Virus record (IMG/VR): IMGVR_UViG_3300033070_001349
Location: 64,001 to 128,000 of that record
Length of the DNA: 64,000 nucleotides
Direction: 5' to 3' (one strand)
Source of the DNA: a virus
Taxonomy: Duplodnaviria; Caudoviricetes
The notes beneath the pieces are model-generated. The model searched no databases. It was given only the letters and a program-made list of their open reading frames with translations, and was not told the origin of the DNA. A program made the translations under genes and the position numbers. Numbering within the stretch: the stretch's first letter is position 1; every line of letters begins with the position of its first letter. This document shows positions 56,346 to 64,000 of the stretch, piece after piece.

Positions 56346-57704
56346 ATGCCCACCTCTACCGAACGCCAAGAGCTGATCGAGACCGCGACGATCACCTTCC
56401 GGCCCGTCCTCACCGAGGGGGTCGGCGGGAAGAAGCTCGTGGTGCGCGGGGAGTTCGCCCGCTCCGGGGTCCCCACGGCCAACGGCCGCATCTACTCCCG
56501 GGCCCTGTGGGAGCGGGAGCTTCGCCGCCTCCAGAAGGCCATCCGGGAGCGCAAGGTGACCGGGGAGCTCAACCACCCGCGGGACGGGGTGGCGGATATG
56601 TTCAACACCGCCCACCTCCTTACCGCGCTCGCGATCACGCCCGAGGGCATCGTGATCGGCGAGGCGGAGGTCCTCGAAAACCTCCCCGGGGGGAAGGTCG
56701 TCGCCGAGCTCTACGCCCGCGGGGCCAAGGTGGGCGTGTCGTCCAGGGGCTTCGGGTCCACCCGTCCTGACGCGAGCGGGAACGACGTGGTGCAGGAAGA
56801 CTACGAGCTCAAGACCTTCGACTTCGTCTCCGACCCGGCGGACTCCTTCGCCTACCCGGAGGCCGTCACAGAATCCACCACCGCAGGAGCCCGTTCGATG
56901 CCCGAGAGCCGTCAGACCGCCACGCAATTCCTCGAAGGGGTCGCGGAGGTCCGCGCCGCCGTCTACGAGAAGATCGCCGAGGACCCCACCGGCCTCCCGA
57001 AGGAGGTCTACGAGAGCCTCCGCAAGCACTTCGCCGGGGGCGTCCTCGCCGAGGGGACCGGGGACGTGGCGGCCCTCCGCGCGGAGCGGGACGAGGCGGT
57101 CAAGCTCGCCCGCCGCTACGGCTTCCAGCTCTTCGTGGAGCGCCGGATGGCCGAGGTGGACGAGGACGAGGCCAAGAGCCTGGGCGAGGCCGTGGGCGAC
57201 CTCGACCAGTACGAGAGCCCCGCCGCCCTCGCCGAGGCGGTCAACTCCCACCTCCAGAAGCTCGCCTCGGCCCGGCAGGAGGCCTCCCTCGCGGAGAGCC
57301 ACGCCCAGTCGAGGGCCGAGGAGCGCCGTGGGTACGAGGCCCGCATCGCCGCCTACGAGACCGCCCTCCAGAACGCCCTCGCCCTGAACGAGGAACTCGC
57401 CGCCGGGACCTACGTCCGCGAGCACGGCGTTCCCCGCGCCGAGGTCCCCCGCCGCCCGGTCCAGACCCAGCGCACGGCGCCCCGCGACCACATCGACGAC
57501 ATCGTCGAGTCGGTCCGCCGCCGGTCCCGGCCCGGCTCGGTCGAGGAGAGCCGCGAGCGGGTCCGCCAGTACGTGGGCCGGGGTCACTCCCGCGCCCCCG
57601 GCGGGGCCGTGAACGAGGAACGGGCCACCGCCCCGCGCGGCGACGAAGACTACCACGGGCTCGGAGCGTCGCTCGACGACCTCAAGGCCCTCGCAGGCAT
57701 CTAG
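56346..57704 (+). CDS. Prohead protease (T4 gp21-like) fused to a scaffold-like coiled coil
   Basis: NGRIY, GELNHP, GVSSRGFGS, VQEDYEL.TFDFVSDP. Confidence 0.9.
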   Translation: MPTSTERQELIETATITFRPVLTEGVGGKKLVVRGEFARSGVPTANGRIYSRALWERELRRLQKAIRERKVTGELNHPRDGVADMFNTAHLLTALAITPEGIVIGEAEVLENLPGGKVVAELYARGAKVGVSSRGFGSTRPDASGNDVVQEDYELKTFDFVSDPADSFAYPEAVTESTTAGARSMPESRQTATQFLEGVAEVRAAVYEKIAEDPTGLPKEVYESLRKHFAGGVLAEGTGDVAALRAERDEAVKLARRYGFQLFVERRMAEVDEDEAKSLGEAVGDLDQYESPAALAEAVNSHLQKLASARQEASLAESHAQSRAEERRGYEARIAAYETALQNALALNEELAAGTYVREHGVPRAEVPRRPVQTQRTAPRDHIDDIVESVRRRSRPGSVEESRERVRQYVGRGHSRAPGGAVNEERATAPRGDEDYHGLGASLDDLKALAGI

Positions 57705-57740
57705 CGAAACCACCACCCCCTACTAGGGAGACCGACGACG

Positions 57741-59249
57741 ATGAGTGAGGCACGGCAGATCCTCGCCGAGAGCGGGCAGAGGAGCATCAGCGACAAGGGC
57801 TACGTCCGGGCCCTCCAGAACAAGTGGGGGGCCCTGCTCGAAGGCCTCCCGCGGCGCTCGCGCACCGACCAGTACGCCCTCGGCGTGACGGCGATGCTCA
57901 TGGAGAACGAGGCGCGGCACCTCAAGGCGATGAACGAGGAGACCCGGTCGTTCAACGTCGGGTCGTTCACGAAGTTCATCTTCCCCGTGCTCAGGCGCGT
58001 CTTTCCGAACCTCATCGCGAACGAGATCGTCTCCGTTCAGCCGATGACGGCGCCGGTCGGGGCGATCTTCTACCTGGACCTGATCTACGGCACCAGCAAG
58101 GGCGCCACGGTCCAGGGCAACATCTTCCCGCGCGACTTCGACAAGGACTACTCGTCGGAGTACATCAACGGCGAGCCCCTCGCGGGCGGAGACGGCACCA
58201 ACTACGGCGCGTCGGGGACGGCCCTCACCGGCACCCTCGCCTTCCGCCCGGTCCGCGCGAAGGACGACATGCGCGGCGTCCGCGTGAAGATCGCCGAGAT
58301 CAACGCGAGCACGGGCGCCGAGGTCCAGGTGGCCCTCGACAACGGCGACGGGACCTTCACCTTCTCGCCCACGGGCGGGTCGGTGGGCGGCACCCTGAAC
58401 TACTCGAACGGCGCGCTCACGGGCTTCAAGTTCCAGAACGTCCCCGGCTCGGGCAACCCGATCAAGGCCTTCTACCACTACGACGGCGAGCTCCAGACGA
58501 GCCTCCCGCAGGTCCAGCTCGACGTGAAGAGCGCGCCCGTCGTCGCCCAGGCCCGGCGCCTCAAGGCGCTCTGGTCGTCGGAGAGCGCCGAGGACCTCCG
58601 CGTGTTCCACGGCCTGGAGGCCGAGACCGAGCTCGTCTCGGGCGTCGCCTCCGAGATGGCCCTGGAGATCGACCGCGAGGTGCTCATGGACCTCTTCGCG
58701 GCCTCCACCTCGACCACCGGGTCCTTCGACCGCATCCCGCCCGCGGGCATCGCGGAGTTGGATCACTTCCGCTCGCTCTTCACGGTGGTGTCGACCGTCT
58801 CGAACATCATCCACAAGAAGACGCTCCGCGCGCCCGCGAACTGGATGGTCACCTCGCCCGAGGTGAGCGCGCTCTTCGACCAGCTCTCGACCCACGGCGA
58901 CTACCGGCCGCTGTTCGTCTCGGGCACCGAGAGCCCCTACGGCCCCGCGGACGCCCCGCGCCCGATGAGCCACCACGGCCAGTTCGGCATCTTCCGCGCG
59001 GGCACGCTCAAGAACAAGTGGTCGCTCTACGAGGACCCCTTCTTCCAGCGCGACCGCATCCTCCTCGGCCTGAAGGGCGGGTCGTTCCTCGATGCGGGCT
59101 ACGTGTGGGCTCCCTACGTGCCCCTCCAGGTGACCCCCACCTTCCTCGACCCGAGCGACATGGGCTTCCGCAAGGGGATGCGCACCCGCTACGCCCGCAA
59201 GCTGGTCCGCCAGGACTACTACGGTCAGGTCGTCGTCTCGAACCTCTGA
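57741..59249 (+). CDS. Major capsid protein (T4 gp23-like)
   Basis: RRVFPNLIANEIVSVQPMTAPVGAIFY; R.LKA.WS.E.AEDL...HG..AE.EL......EIDRE; APYVPL; TRYA. Confidence 0.93.
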   Translation: MSEARQILAESGQRSISDKGYVRALQNKWGALLEGLPRRSRTDQYALGVTAMLMENEARHLKAMNEETRSFNVGSFTKFIFPVLRRVFPNLIANEIVSVQPMTAPVGAIFYLDLIYGTSKGATVQGNIFPRDFDKDYSSEYINGEPLAGGDGTNYGASGTALTGTLAFRPVRAKDDMRGVRVKIAEINASTGAEVQVALDNGDGTFTFSPTGGSVGGTLNYSNGALTGFKFQNVPGSGNPIKAFYHYDGELQTSLPQVQLDVKSAPVVAQARRLKALWSSESAEDLRVFHGLEAETELVSGVASEMALEIDREVLMDLFAASTSTTGSFDRIPPAGIAELDHFRSLFTVVSTVSNIIHKKTLRAPANWMVTSPEVSALFDQLSTHGDYRPLFVSGTESPYGPADAPRPMSHHGQFGIFRAGTLKNKWSLYEDPFFQRDRILLGLKGGSFLDAGYVWAPYVPLQVTPTFLDPSDMGFRKGMRTRYARKLVRQDYYGQVVVSNL

Positions 59250-59303
59250 GTCCCGGCTCGTTATGTCCTGGCGTAGCTGCCCGAAGCAGGCTACGTCAGG
59301 GCC

Positions 59304-60377
59304 ATGGCGAACATCCTCTGGCCCCTCCTCAACTCCTGGTCCCGTGAACGTGCGTGGTGGTTCGGCGTCTTCCTCGGAGACGGCTGCGCCCCTGCGAACG
59401 GCTCCGGCCTCACCTGTACCGGCTCGTTCAGCACGACCGTCCGCTGGCGCGCGCTCGTCACCGACTTCAAGGAAGGCATCCGCGAGGTGAAGCACTCGCC
59501 GGGTACCTTCGTGTGCTCGGTCTGTTCTCGTGCTCTGTCCGATTGGATGAAGCAGATTCATGGGTACAGCGGGAAGAAGTCCCACCTCATCCGCTGGCCC
59601 GAAGAGCTCCCGGCCGAGTTCAAGCCCGACTTCCTCCGGGGCCTGATCGACACGGACGGCCACCTCTCGATCTACGATCGCAAGGCCCACGGCCAGCGCG
59701 GGAACCCCACCCCCATCGCCGCCTACCGCTCTCTCTCGCTTCCGATGGTGGAGCGGGTCCGGGACGAGCTCGCGGCCCTCTGTGGGGTCACGAAGGTGAA
59801 GCCCCTCCAGGCGGAGAACCTCACCTGGGGAATCTCCTACGGGGGGTCCTCGACCATGAAGGTCGCCGACCTCCTCTACGGCAACGCCCCCGAGCACCTC
59901 CGTAACGAGGACCGGATGGACGTGTACCGCGAGATGGTGCTCCTGCGGGACAAGCTCATGGCCCCGTGTGCGTGCGGGAACCCCGAGACCTTCACCGACG
60001 GGCTCTGCTACGAGTGCTTCGAGAAGACCCAGGTGCACGTCACGGGTCCGGGGACCCTCTGCGGGGCCTGCAAGGTGCGCCCGGTGGTGGCCTCGGAGCG
60101 CTGCGACATTTGCCGCAAGCGCGAGGACCGGGCGGCGAAGAAGGCGGCCGGGACGCCGAAGAAGACCTATGGGGCATGTGCCTGTGGGAGTCCGGCCACC
60201 CGGAAGGGGACGGCCGACAGGGTCCCCCTCTGCGAGGCCTGCTACGCCAGGAAGCGCCGGGGGGTTCCCCTCCGCTCCGCACTCGCAGTGCCCGAGGGCG
60301 GGTGGCACTCGCGGGCCGGGGAGTCCCTACCCGGTCGTCCCCGGACCGCCGACCCAGCCCCTACCCTGTCGTCCTAA
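59304..60377 (+). CDS. Free-standing LAGLIDADG homing endonuclease with Cys-rich C-terminus
   Basis: WFGVFLGDGC and FLRGLIDTDG motifs; multiple CxC/CxxC pairs. Confidence 0.85.
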   Translation: MANILWPLLNSWSRERAWWFGVFLGDGCAPANGSGLTCTGSFSTTVRWRALVTDFKEGIREVKHSPGTFVCSVCSRALSDWMKQIHGYSGKKSHLIRWPEELPAEFKPDFLRGLIDTDGHLSIYDRKAHGQRGNPTPIAAYRSLSLPMVERVRDELAALCGVTKVKPLQAENLTWGISYGGSSTMKVADLLYGNAPEHLRNEDRMDVYREMVLLRDKLMAPCACGNPETFTDGLCYECFEKTQVHVTGPGTLCGACKVRPVVASERCDICRKREDRAAKKAAGTPKKTYGACACGSPATRKGTADRVPLCEACYARKRRGVPLRSALAVPEGGWHSRAGESLPGRPRTADPAPTLSS

Positions 60378-60380
60378 GCC

Positions 60381-60911
60381 TCACCCCACCAGACCGCCCT
60401 CGATCATCGCCGCGATCACCTCGGCGTCCGCGAAGCCCTGCGTGTCGAGGTTGCCCGACCCGAGCCGGTTGCGGATCGCGTTCCGGCGCTCGGCGGCGTC
60501 CGCGGCGTCCTGACGCATGATGGCCTCGGCCGCCGCGTGGGCGTCCTTCGAGCTCCGGGCCGTGAGGACGTGGTGGCCGTAGCCGCTCCACACGGCCAGA
60601 CCCCGGAGGCGGCGCGAGCTCTCGTCGGCGATCGGCCTGTCCACCAGGAAGTGGGTCTCCCCGGGGATGTTGCGGTGGACGAGCCACACGTAGGTGGTCT
60701 TGCCCTTGGCGTTCACGCCCACGGGGTAGCGGATCACCCGAACGCCCGCCGCGTACTCCGCCCGGGTGGTCACGTAGGCCTCGTGGTCAGCGCCCTTGGG
60801 GGCGTCGATGCACCCCTCGTACACTTCGCGGGCGAGGCTCGACTCGTACCGGCGGGCCTCGTCGGCGTTGCGGAAGGGAGCGGGGGTGGTCTCGGTTATC
60901 GCGGCGTCCAT
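60381..60911 (-). CDS. Hypothetical protein
   Basis: AGGAGG RBS before ATG 60911; GC3-rich on - strand. Confidence 0.65.
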   Translation of the reverse strand: MDAAITETTPAPFRNADEARRYESSLAREVYEGCIDAPKGADHEAYVTTRAEYAAGVRVIRYPVGVNAKGKTTYVWLVHRNIPGETHFLVDRPIADESSRRLRGLAVWSGYGHHVLTARSSKDAHAAAEAIMRQDAADAAERRNAIRNRLGSGNLDTQGFADAEVIAAMIEGGLVG

Positions 60912-60925
60912 CGCGGGCCTCCTAT

Positions 60926-61132
60926 TCACGCCCGGACCCGGCGCTGGGCCTCCTCGACCGCGCAGAGGCACCGGAAGGCGTCGCCCGGGGCGAGCTCGGC
61001 CTTGGCCGCCGCGTACCCCATGTGGACGCTCTCGACCTCGCGGGGGGTCTTGGCGGCCTGGGCGTCGCGGAGGATGGTGGCGGCGATCCGGCGAGAGGAC
61101 TTGGCGCTGGGGCGGGAGGACTTGCTGCTCAT
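60926..61132 (-). CDS. Small hypothetical protein (leaderless)
   Basis: ATG 6 nt after TAGATT -10 box. Confidence 0.6.
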   Translation of the reverse strand: MSSKSSRPSAKSSRRIAATILRDAQAAKTPREVESVHMGYAAAKAELAPGDAFRCLCAVEEAQRRVRA

Positions 61133-61138
61133 GCACCT

Positions 61139-61166
61139 AATCTAGCGCATGGATTCTGATAGTCAA
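61139..61166 (-). promoter_or_regulatory. Promoter TTGACT-N16-TAGATT
   Basis: Seen directly on - strand. Confidence 0.75.
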
Positions 61167-61179
61167 GCCCCTACGATCG

Positions 61180-61220
61180 AAAAGAGACAGGGGCGGTGCC
61201 GTTTCCAGTACCGCCCCTGT
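61180..61220 (-). terminator. Rho-independent terminator
   Basis: ACAGGGGCGGTAC-loop-GCACCGCCCCTGT stem followed by CTCTTTT on - strand. Confidence 0.65.
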
Positions 61221-61355
61221 TGGATGGTAGCCCCATCGCGAGTCGCGAGGGGTACTCTAGCGCGAGACGCCCCCTAGGCCACCCCCTAAAGAGAAGGGCG
61301 CCGAGCCTCTTCCGAAGCCCGGCGCCCTCCGCGGCTTCCGCCGCCGTGATCCGCC
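61180..61355 (-). ncRNA. Candidate structured small RNA (~175 nt)
   Basis: Bounded by promoter 61361-61388 and terminator; four or five hairpins, two with GGAA tetraloops. Confidence 0.5.
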
Positions 61356-61360
61356 ATCAC

Positions 61361-61388
61361 AACCTAGCACCAGCCCCGACCTCGTCAA
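61361..61388 (-). promoter_or_regulatory. Promoter TTGACG-N16-TAGGTT
   Basis: Seen directly on - strand. Confidence 0.65.
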
Positions 61389-61420
61389 CCCGATAGCGGG
61401 TGTGGTAGGGTCTCGGCCAC

Positions 61421-62098
61421 ATGGGACAACTCGACGGCCTCGACGAACTCCTGGGACAGCCTCGGACGGTCTATCGCGGGCCCTCACACGTTCACGCCGG
61501 GCCTTCGTCGAGGGTGCCCCTCGGCCCCCCCGCTCCAGCCCGAGACCCCCGCCGCCCGCCGCCGCGCCCGGCCCCCACGGAGTCCCCGTACGGCGGGGAC
61601 TACCTCGGGCTCACCGGCCTCGACCAGACCCTGACCCGGGGGTACCGGCCGGAGGACGCGATCGACTACGAGGACCCCCCGCCCGAGGACTCCCCGGAGT
61701 CGATCCCACTGGTGGCCCGCGCCTCCGCGGGCAGGCCCCTGGCCGCGCCCCCCACCGCGCCCCGGAGTCATGTGGCTCCGCCCCCTCCGGCTTTCTCGCC
61801 CCTGCGGGCGGCACCGTCGCCTGTCTCCTCCTCGGAGCGAGGCCGGGTCCTCCGGGGGATCGCGCACCACCTCCGCGAGGCCTCGGTCCTCCTCGACCAG
61901 CTAGCGGCGCTCGAAGTCCCGGTCGCCGAGGCCCCCGTCCTGACCCCGCCGGATTCGGCCCCGGACCCCTTCCGCGAGGCCCCGGTCCCCATGACCCGCG
62001 CCCCCACGGCCGCCGCTCCTACGGCCGCCGAGGATGCGCCCGAGGACGACTCGATCCCCGTGGAAGTGGACTCGACGGAGGCTCCCGCCCTCGGGTAG
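61421..62098 (+). CDS. Hypothetical Pro-rich protein
   Basis: GC3-rich ORF. Confidence 0.55.
   Translation: MGQLDGLDELLGQPRTVYRGPSHVHAGPSSRVPLGPPAPARDPRRPPPRPAPTESPYGGDYLGLTGLDQTLTRGYRPEDAIDYEDPPPEDSPESIPLVARASAGRPLAAPPTAPRSHVAPPPPAFSPLRAAPSPVSSSERGRVLRGIAHHLREASVLLDQLAALEVPVAEAPVLTPPDSAPDPFREAPVPMTRAPTAAAPTAAEDAPEDDSIPVEVDSTEAPALG
61764..61779. promoter_or_regulatory. 16-bp quasi-palindrome copy 10 GGAGTCATGTGGCTCC
   Basis: Dispersed motif. Confidence 0.7.
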
Positions 62099-62107
62099 GG
62101 TACCCCC

Positions 62108-62554
62108 ATGCCCCTCGTCAAACTTCAGGCCCCGCCCCCGCCGACCACCGTCATCACCCCCCGTGGGCGCATCCGCGGCGGCGCGCTGATCGAGGTGGAG
62201 GAGGCGGAGGTTTCTGCCTACCGGCGCCTCGGGTTCGTCCCGGCCGTCGAATCCCACGCCGACCGGGTCCCCGAGGTGCCCCTCGCCGACCCGGTCGAGC
62301 CGTCCTCCCCTCCCGTCGAGGAGGACGGCGCCTCCGAGGAGGCCGAGGACCTCGACCCTGTCGAGGCAGGCGCCGAGGACTCGCGGAGTGCGGAGTCCGC
62401 GAAGCACGCCAAGGGGGCCAAGGGGAGGGCCAAGGGGAAGGCCAAGTCGCCCAAGGCGGCCCCGCCCCCGGTCGAGCCTCCGGTCGACGCCCCCGCCGTC
62501 GATGCCCCCACCGATCCCCTCCCGCCCGTCACCGAAGGAGCTCCCCATGAGTGA
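62108..62554 (+). CDS. Hypothetical protein
   Basis: GC3-rich ORF. Confidence 0.55.
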   Translation: MPLVKLQAPPPPTTVITPRGRIRGGALIEVEEAEVSAYRRLGFVPAVESHADRVPEVPLADPVEPSSPPVEEDGASEEAEDLDPVEAGAEDSRSAESAKHAKGAKGRAKGKAKSPKAAPPPVEPPVDAPAVDAPTDPLPPVTEGAPHE

Positions 62555-62735
62555 ACCCCCCCGGCGCGTCTGCCCTGACTGCGGCACGCCCCTCGTCTCG
62601 ACCCCCATCGCCGGGAGCACGAACTTCCGGTACACCTGTCCGAAGGGGCACGCCGTGTCCGAGGTGGCGGACAACAAGGGCCGCACCTACCTCGCGGACG
62701 GCTCCGGCCCGTCCAAGCGCTTCCTCGGCGGCTGA
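62547..62735 (+). CDS. Small Zn-ribbon protein
   Basis: AAGGAG RBS; CPDC...CPKGH. Confidence 0.6.
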   Translation: MSEPPRRVCPDCGTPLVSTPIAGSTNFRYTCPKGHAVSEVADNKGRTYLADGSGPSKRFLGG

Positions 62736-62748
62736 TAGGCGGTAACCC

Positions 62749-63492
62749 GTGGCCGACGCCTCCCTCAAGCTCCGCGACGCCGCGGGCATCCACGACTGGA
62801 TCCTCCGGCGTCTCGGAGCGCCGCAGCTACTCATCGAGCTCGACCAGGGCCAGCTCGATATCTGCGTGGAGGACGCCACCCGGTGGTTCGCGTCGAAGAA
62901 GGGGGTCGTGCGCACGGGCACCCTCCAACTCCAGGCCAACGTCGCCCTCTACCAGCTTCCCGAGGACGTGGGCCACGTCACCGGCCTCGCCGCGGTGGAG
63001 CCCACGCCGGACCTGTCCCTCGCGCTCGGCGGTACCTTCCTCCTCCCCGAGCAACAGCTTCCGTACAGCGCCCTCGGGTACCCCGCCTCCGGCGGCGTCC
63101 TGAGCTCCTACGTGCAGTCCCTCCAGTACATCGAGACGAGCCGCCGGGTGTTCGGCAGGGACCCCGACTTCGAGTTCGACCAGTCCACCGGGCGGCTCCG
63201 CGTGTCCCCGACCCCGACGGTGGCCTCCCGGGCGGAGTACACCTACAAGAGCGACAAGTTCACCCTCGACCAGCTCACCGAGCTCGACCACAACCTCCTC
63301 AAGCGCTACGCCCTCGCGGTGGCGAAGGAGATCGTCGGGCGCATCCGCTCCAAGCGGGCGGAGCACCCGGGGGCGCAGGGGCAGGTGCGTCTCGACGGGG
63401 ACACACTCCTCAAGGAGTCGGCCGACGACAGGGAGAAGCTCGACGCGGAGATCCTCGCCACCTCGGCGCCCCTCTCCTTCCTGACCGGGTGA
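62749..63492 (+). CDS. Neck/head-completion protein (T4 gp13-like)
   Basis: WILRRLGAP...IEL...QL..CV.DA; KRYALA.AKE..G.IRSK...LDG. Confidence 0.85.
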   Translation: MADASLKLRDAAGIHDWILRRLGAPQLLIELDQGQLDICVEDATRWFASKKGVVRTGTLQLQANVALYQLPEDVGHVTGLAAVEPTPDLSLALGGTFLLPEQQLPYSALGYPASGGVLSSYVQSLQYIETSRRVFGRDPDFEFDQSTGRLRVSPTPTVASRAEYTYKSDKFTLDQLTELDHNLLKRYALAVAKEIVGRIRSKRAEHPGAQGQVRLDGDTLLKESADDREKLDAEILATSAPLSFLTG

Positions 63493-63502
63493 CCCTGACG
63501 CC

Positions 63503-64000
63503 ATGGCCCCCCAGTACCGCCGCGGCCCTGTGCCCCCCGTGCGCCCCTACGACTCGGGTCAAGAGACGGTCCGCCCTCTCGAAGGCCTCTACCACCAGGG
63601 AGACCAGGAGCTCCGCCTCTTCGACGCCTGGGCCGAGGAGCACGTACGCATCGGGGGCACGCGGATCGCCGTCTACTCGATCGACCCGGCGGGCTCGACG
63701 ATGAGCGCCGTCCACGACGAGGTGACCGACCGTCGCTACCGCGGCCCTTTCCCCATGTGGGGCTGGGCCGAGTACCCCGAGGGTCAGCCCGTGGTCACCG
63801 ACCCGGGCGTCACCATCCGATGGCCGGTGAAGTTCTGGGTCCCGCGGGCCTCGATCGAGAAGGCGCGCGCCCCGGCTCCCATGGAGGGGGACATCATCCG
63901 CTTCTGGGACAAGCCCTTCTTCACCGCGAACGGGGACTCCGACCTCCCGACGGAGGGGGGCTACTTCTTCCTCATCACGAAGGTGAACGAGGACGGCCAC
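63503..64000 (+). CDS. Neck protein (T4 gp14-like), partial
   Basis: Open to window end; EEHVRIGG..I..Y...D....HDE...P.EGDII; follows gp13-like gene. Confidence 0.65.
   Translation, partial: MAPQYRRGPVPPVRPYDSGQETVRPLEGLYHQGDQELRLFDAWAEEHVRIGGTRIAVYSIDPAGSTMSAVHDEVTDRRYRGPFPMWGWAEYPEGQPVVTDPGVTIRWPVKFWVPRASIEKARAPAPMEGDIIRFWDKPFFTANGDSDLPTEGGYFFLITKVNEDGH

Noticed and set aside
59250-60380. Group I intron around the LAGLIDADG gene
   Set aside because: Capsid gene ends normally; flanks too short for a ribozyme core
1-64000. tRNA, rRNA, integrase, reverse transcriptase or transposase genes
   Set aside because: None recognised by eye; tRNAscan-SE and HMM scans would be needed to exclude them

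Overview
A ~70% GC segment of a large dsDNA tailed phage or phage-plasmid, almost entirely coded on the + strand. The host is probably a high-GC, possibly multicellular bacterium (inferred from GC content, an EAD1 domain and leaderless genes). In order: (1) 0.3-4.3 kb, an accessory/anti-defence region with an EAD1-domain protein, a truncated NADAR gene, and a 2.8-kb transposase-free cassette bounded by 20-bp terminal inverted repeats that carries an RHH regulator, a C5-methyltransferase and a SmaI-like endonuclease remnant; (2) 4-15 kb, early genes including a clamp-like remnant, dNMP kinase, family-4 UDG and DUF3307; (3) 15-33 kb, replication/recombination genes: initiator with internal 23-bp iterons, DnaC-like loader, DnaB, primase, SSB, intein-containing SF2 helicase, RecA, resolvases, Cas4-like nuclease and ParB-like protein; (4) a ~3,585-aa polyvalent protein with kinase, pseudokinase and possible ART-like domains; (5) intein-containing PolA, an enlarged GroES, and a T4-like head module (TerL, portal, core proteins, gp21 protease, gp23 capsid, gp13/gp14 neck). 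Highlights: a TerL intein whose HNH endonuclease is encoded on the opposite strand while the intein frame stays open; ten dispersed copies of a 16-bp quasi-palindrome SGAGYCA(TG/CA)TGRCTCC; a structured ~175-nt RNA candidate bounded by a promoter and terminator; and four inteins with three different endonuclease arrangements. All family assignments come from motif recognition by eye, not database searches.
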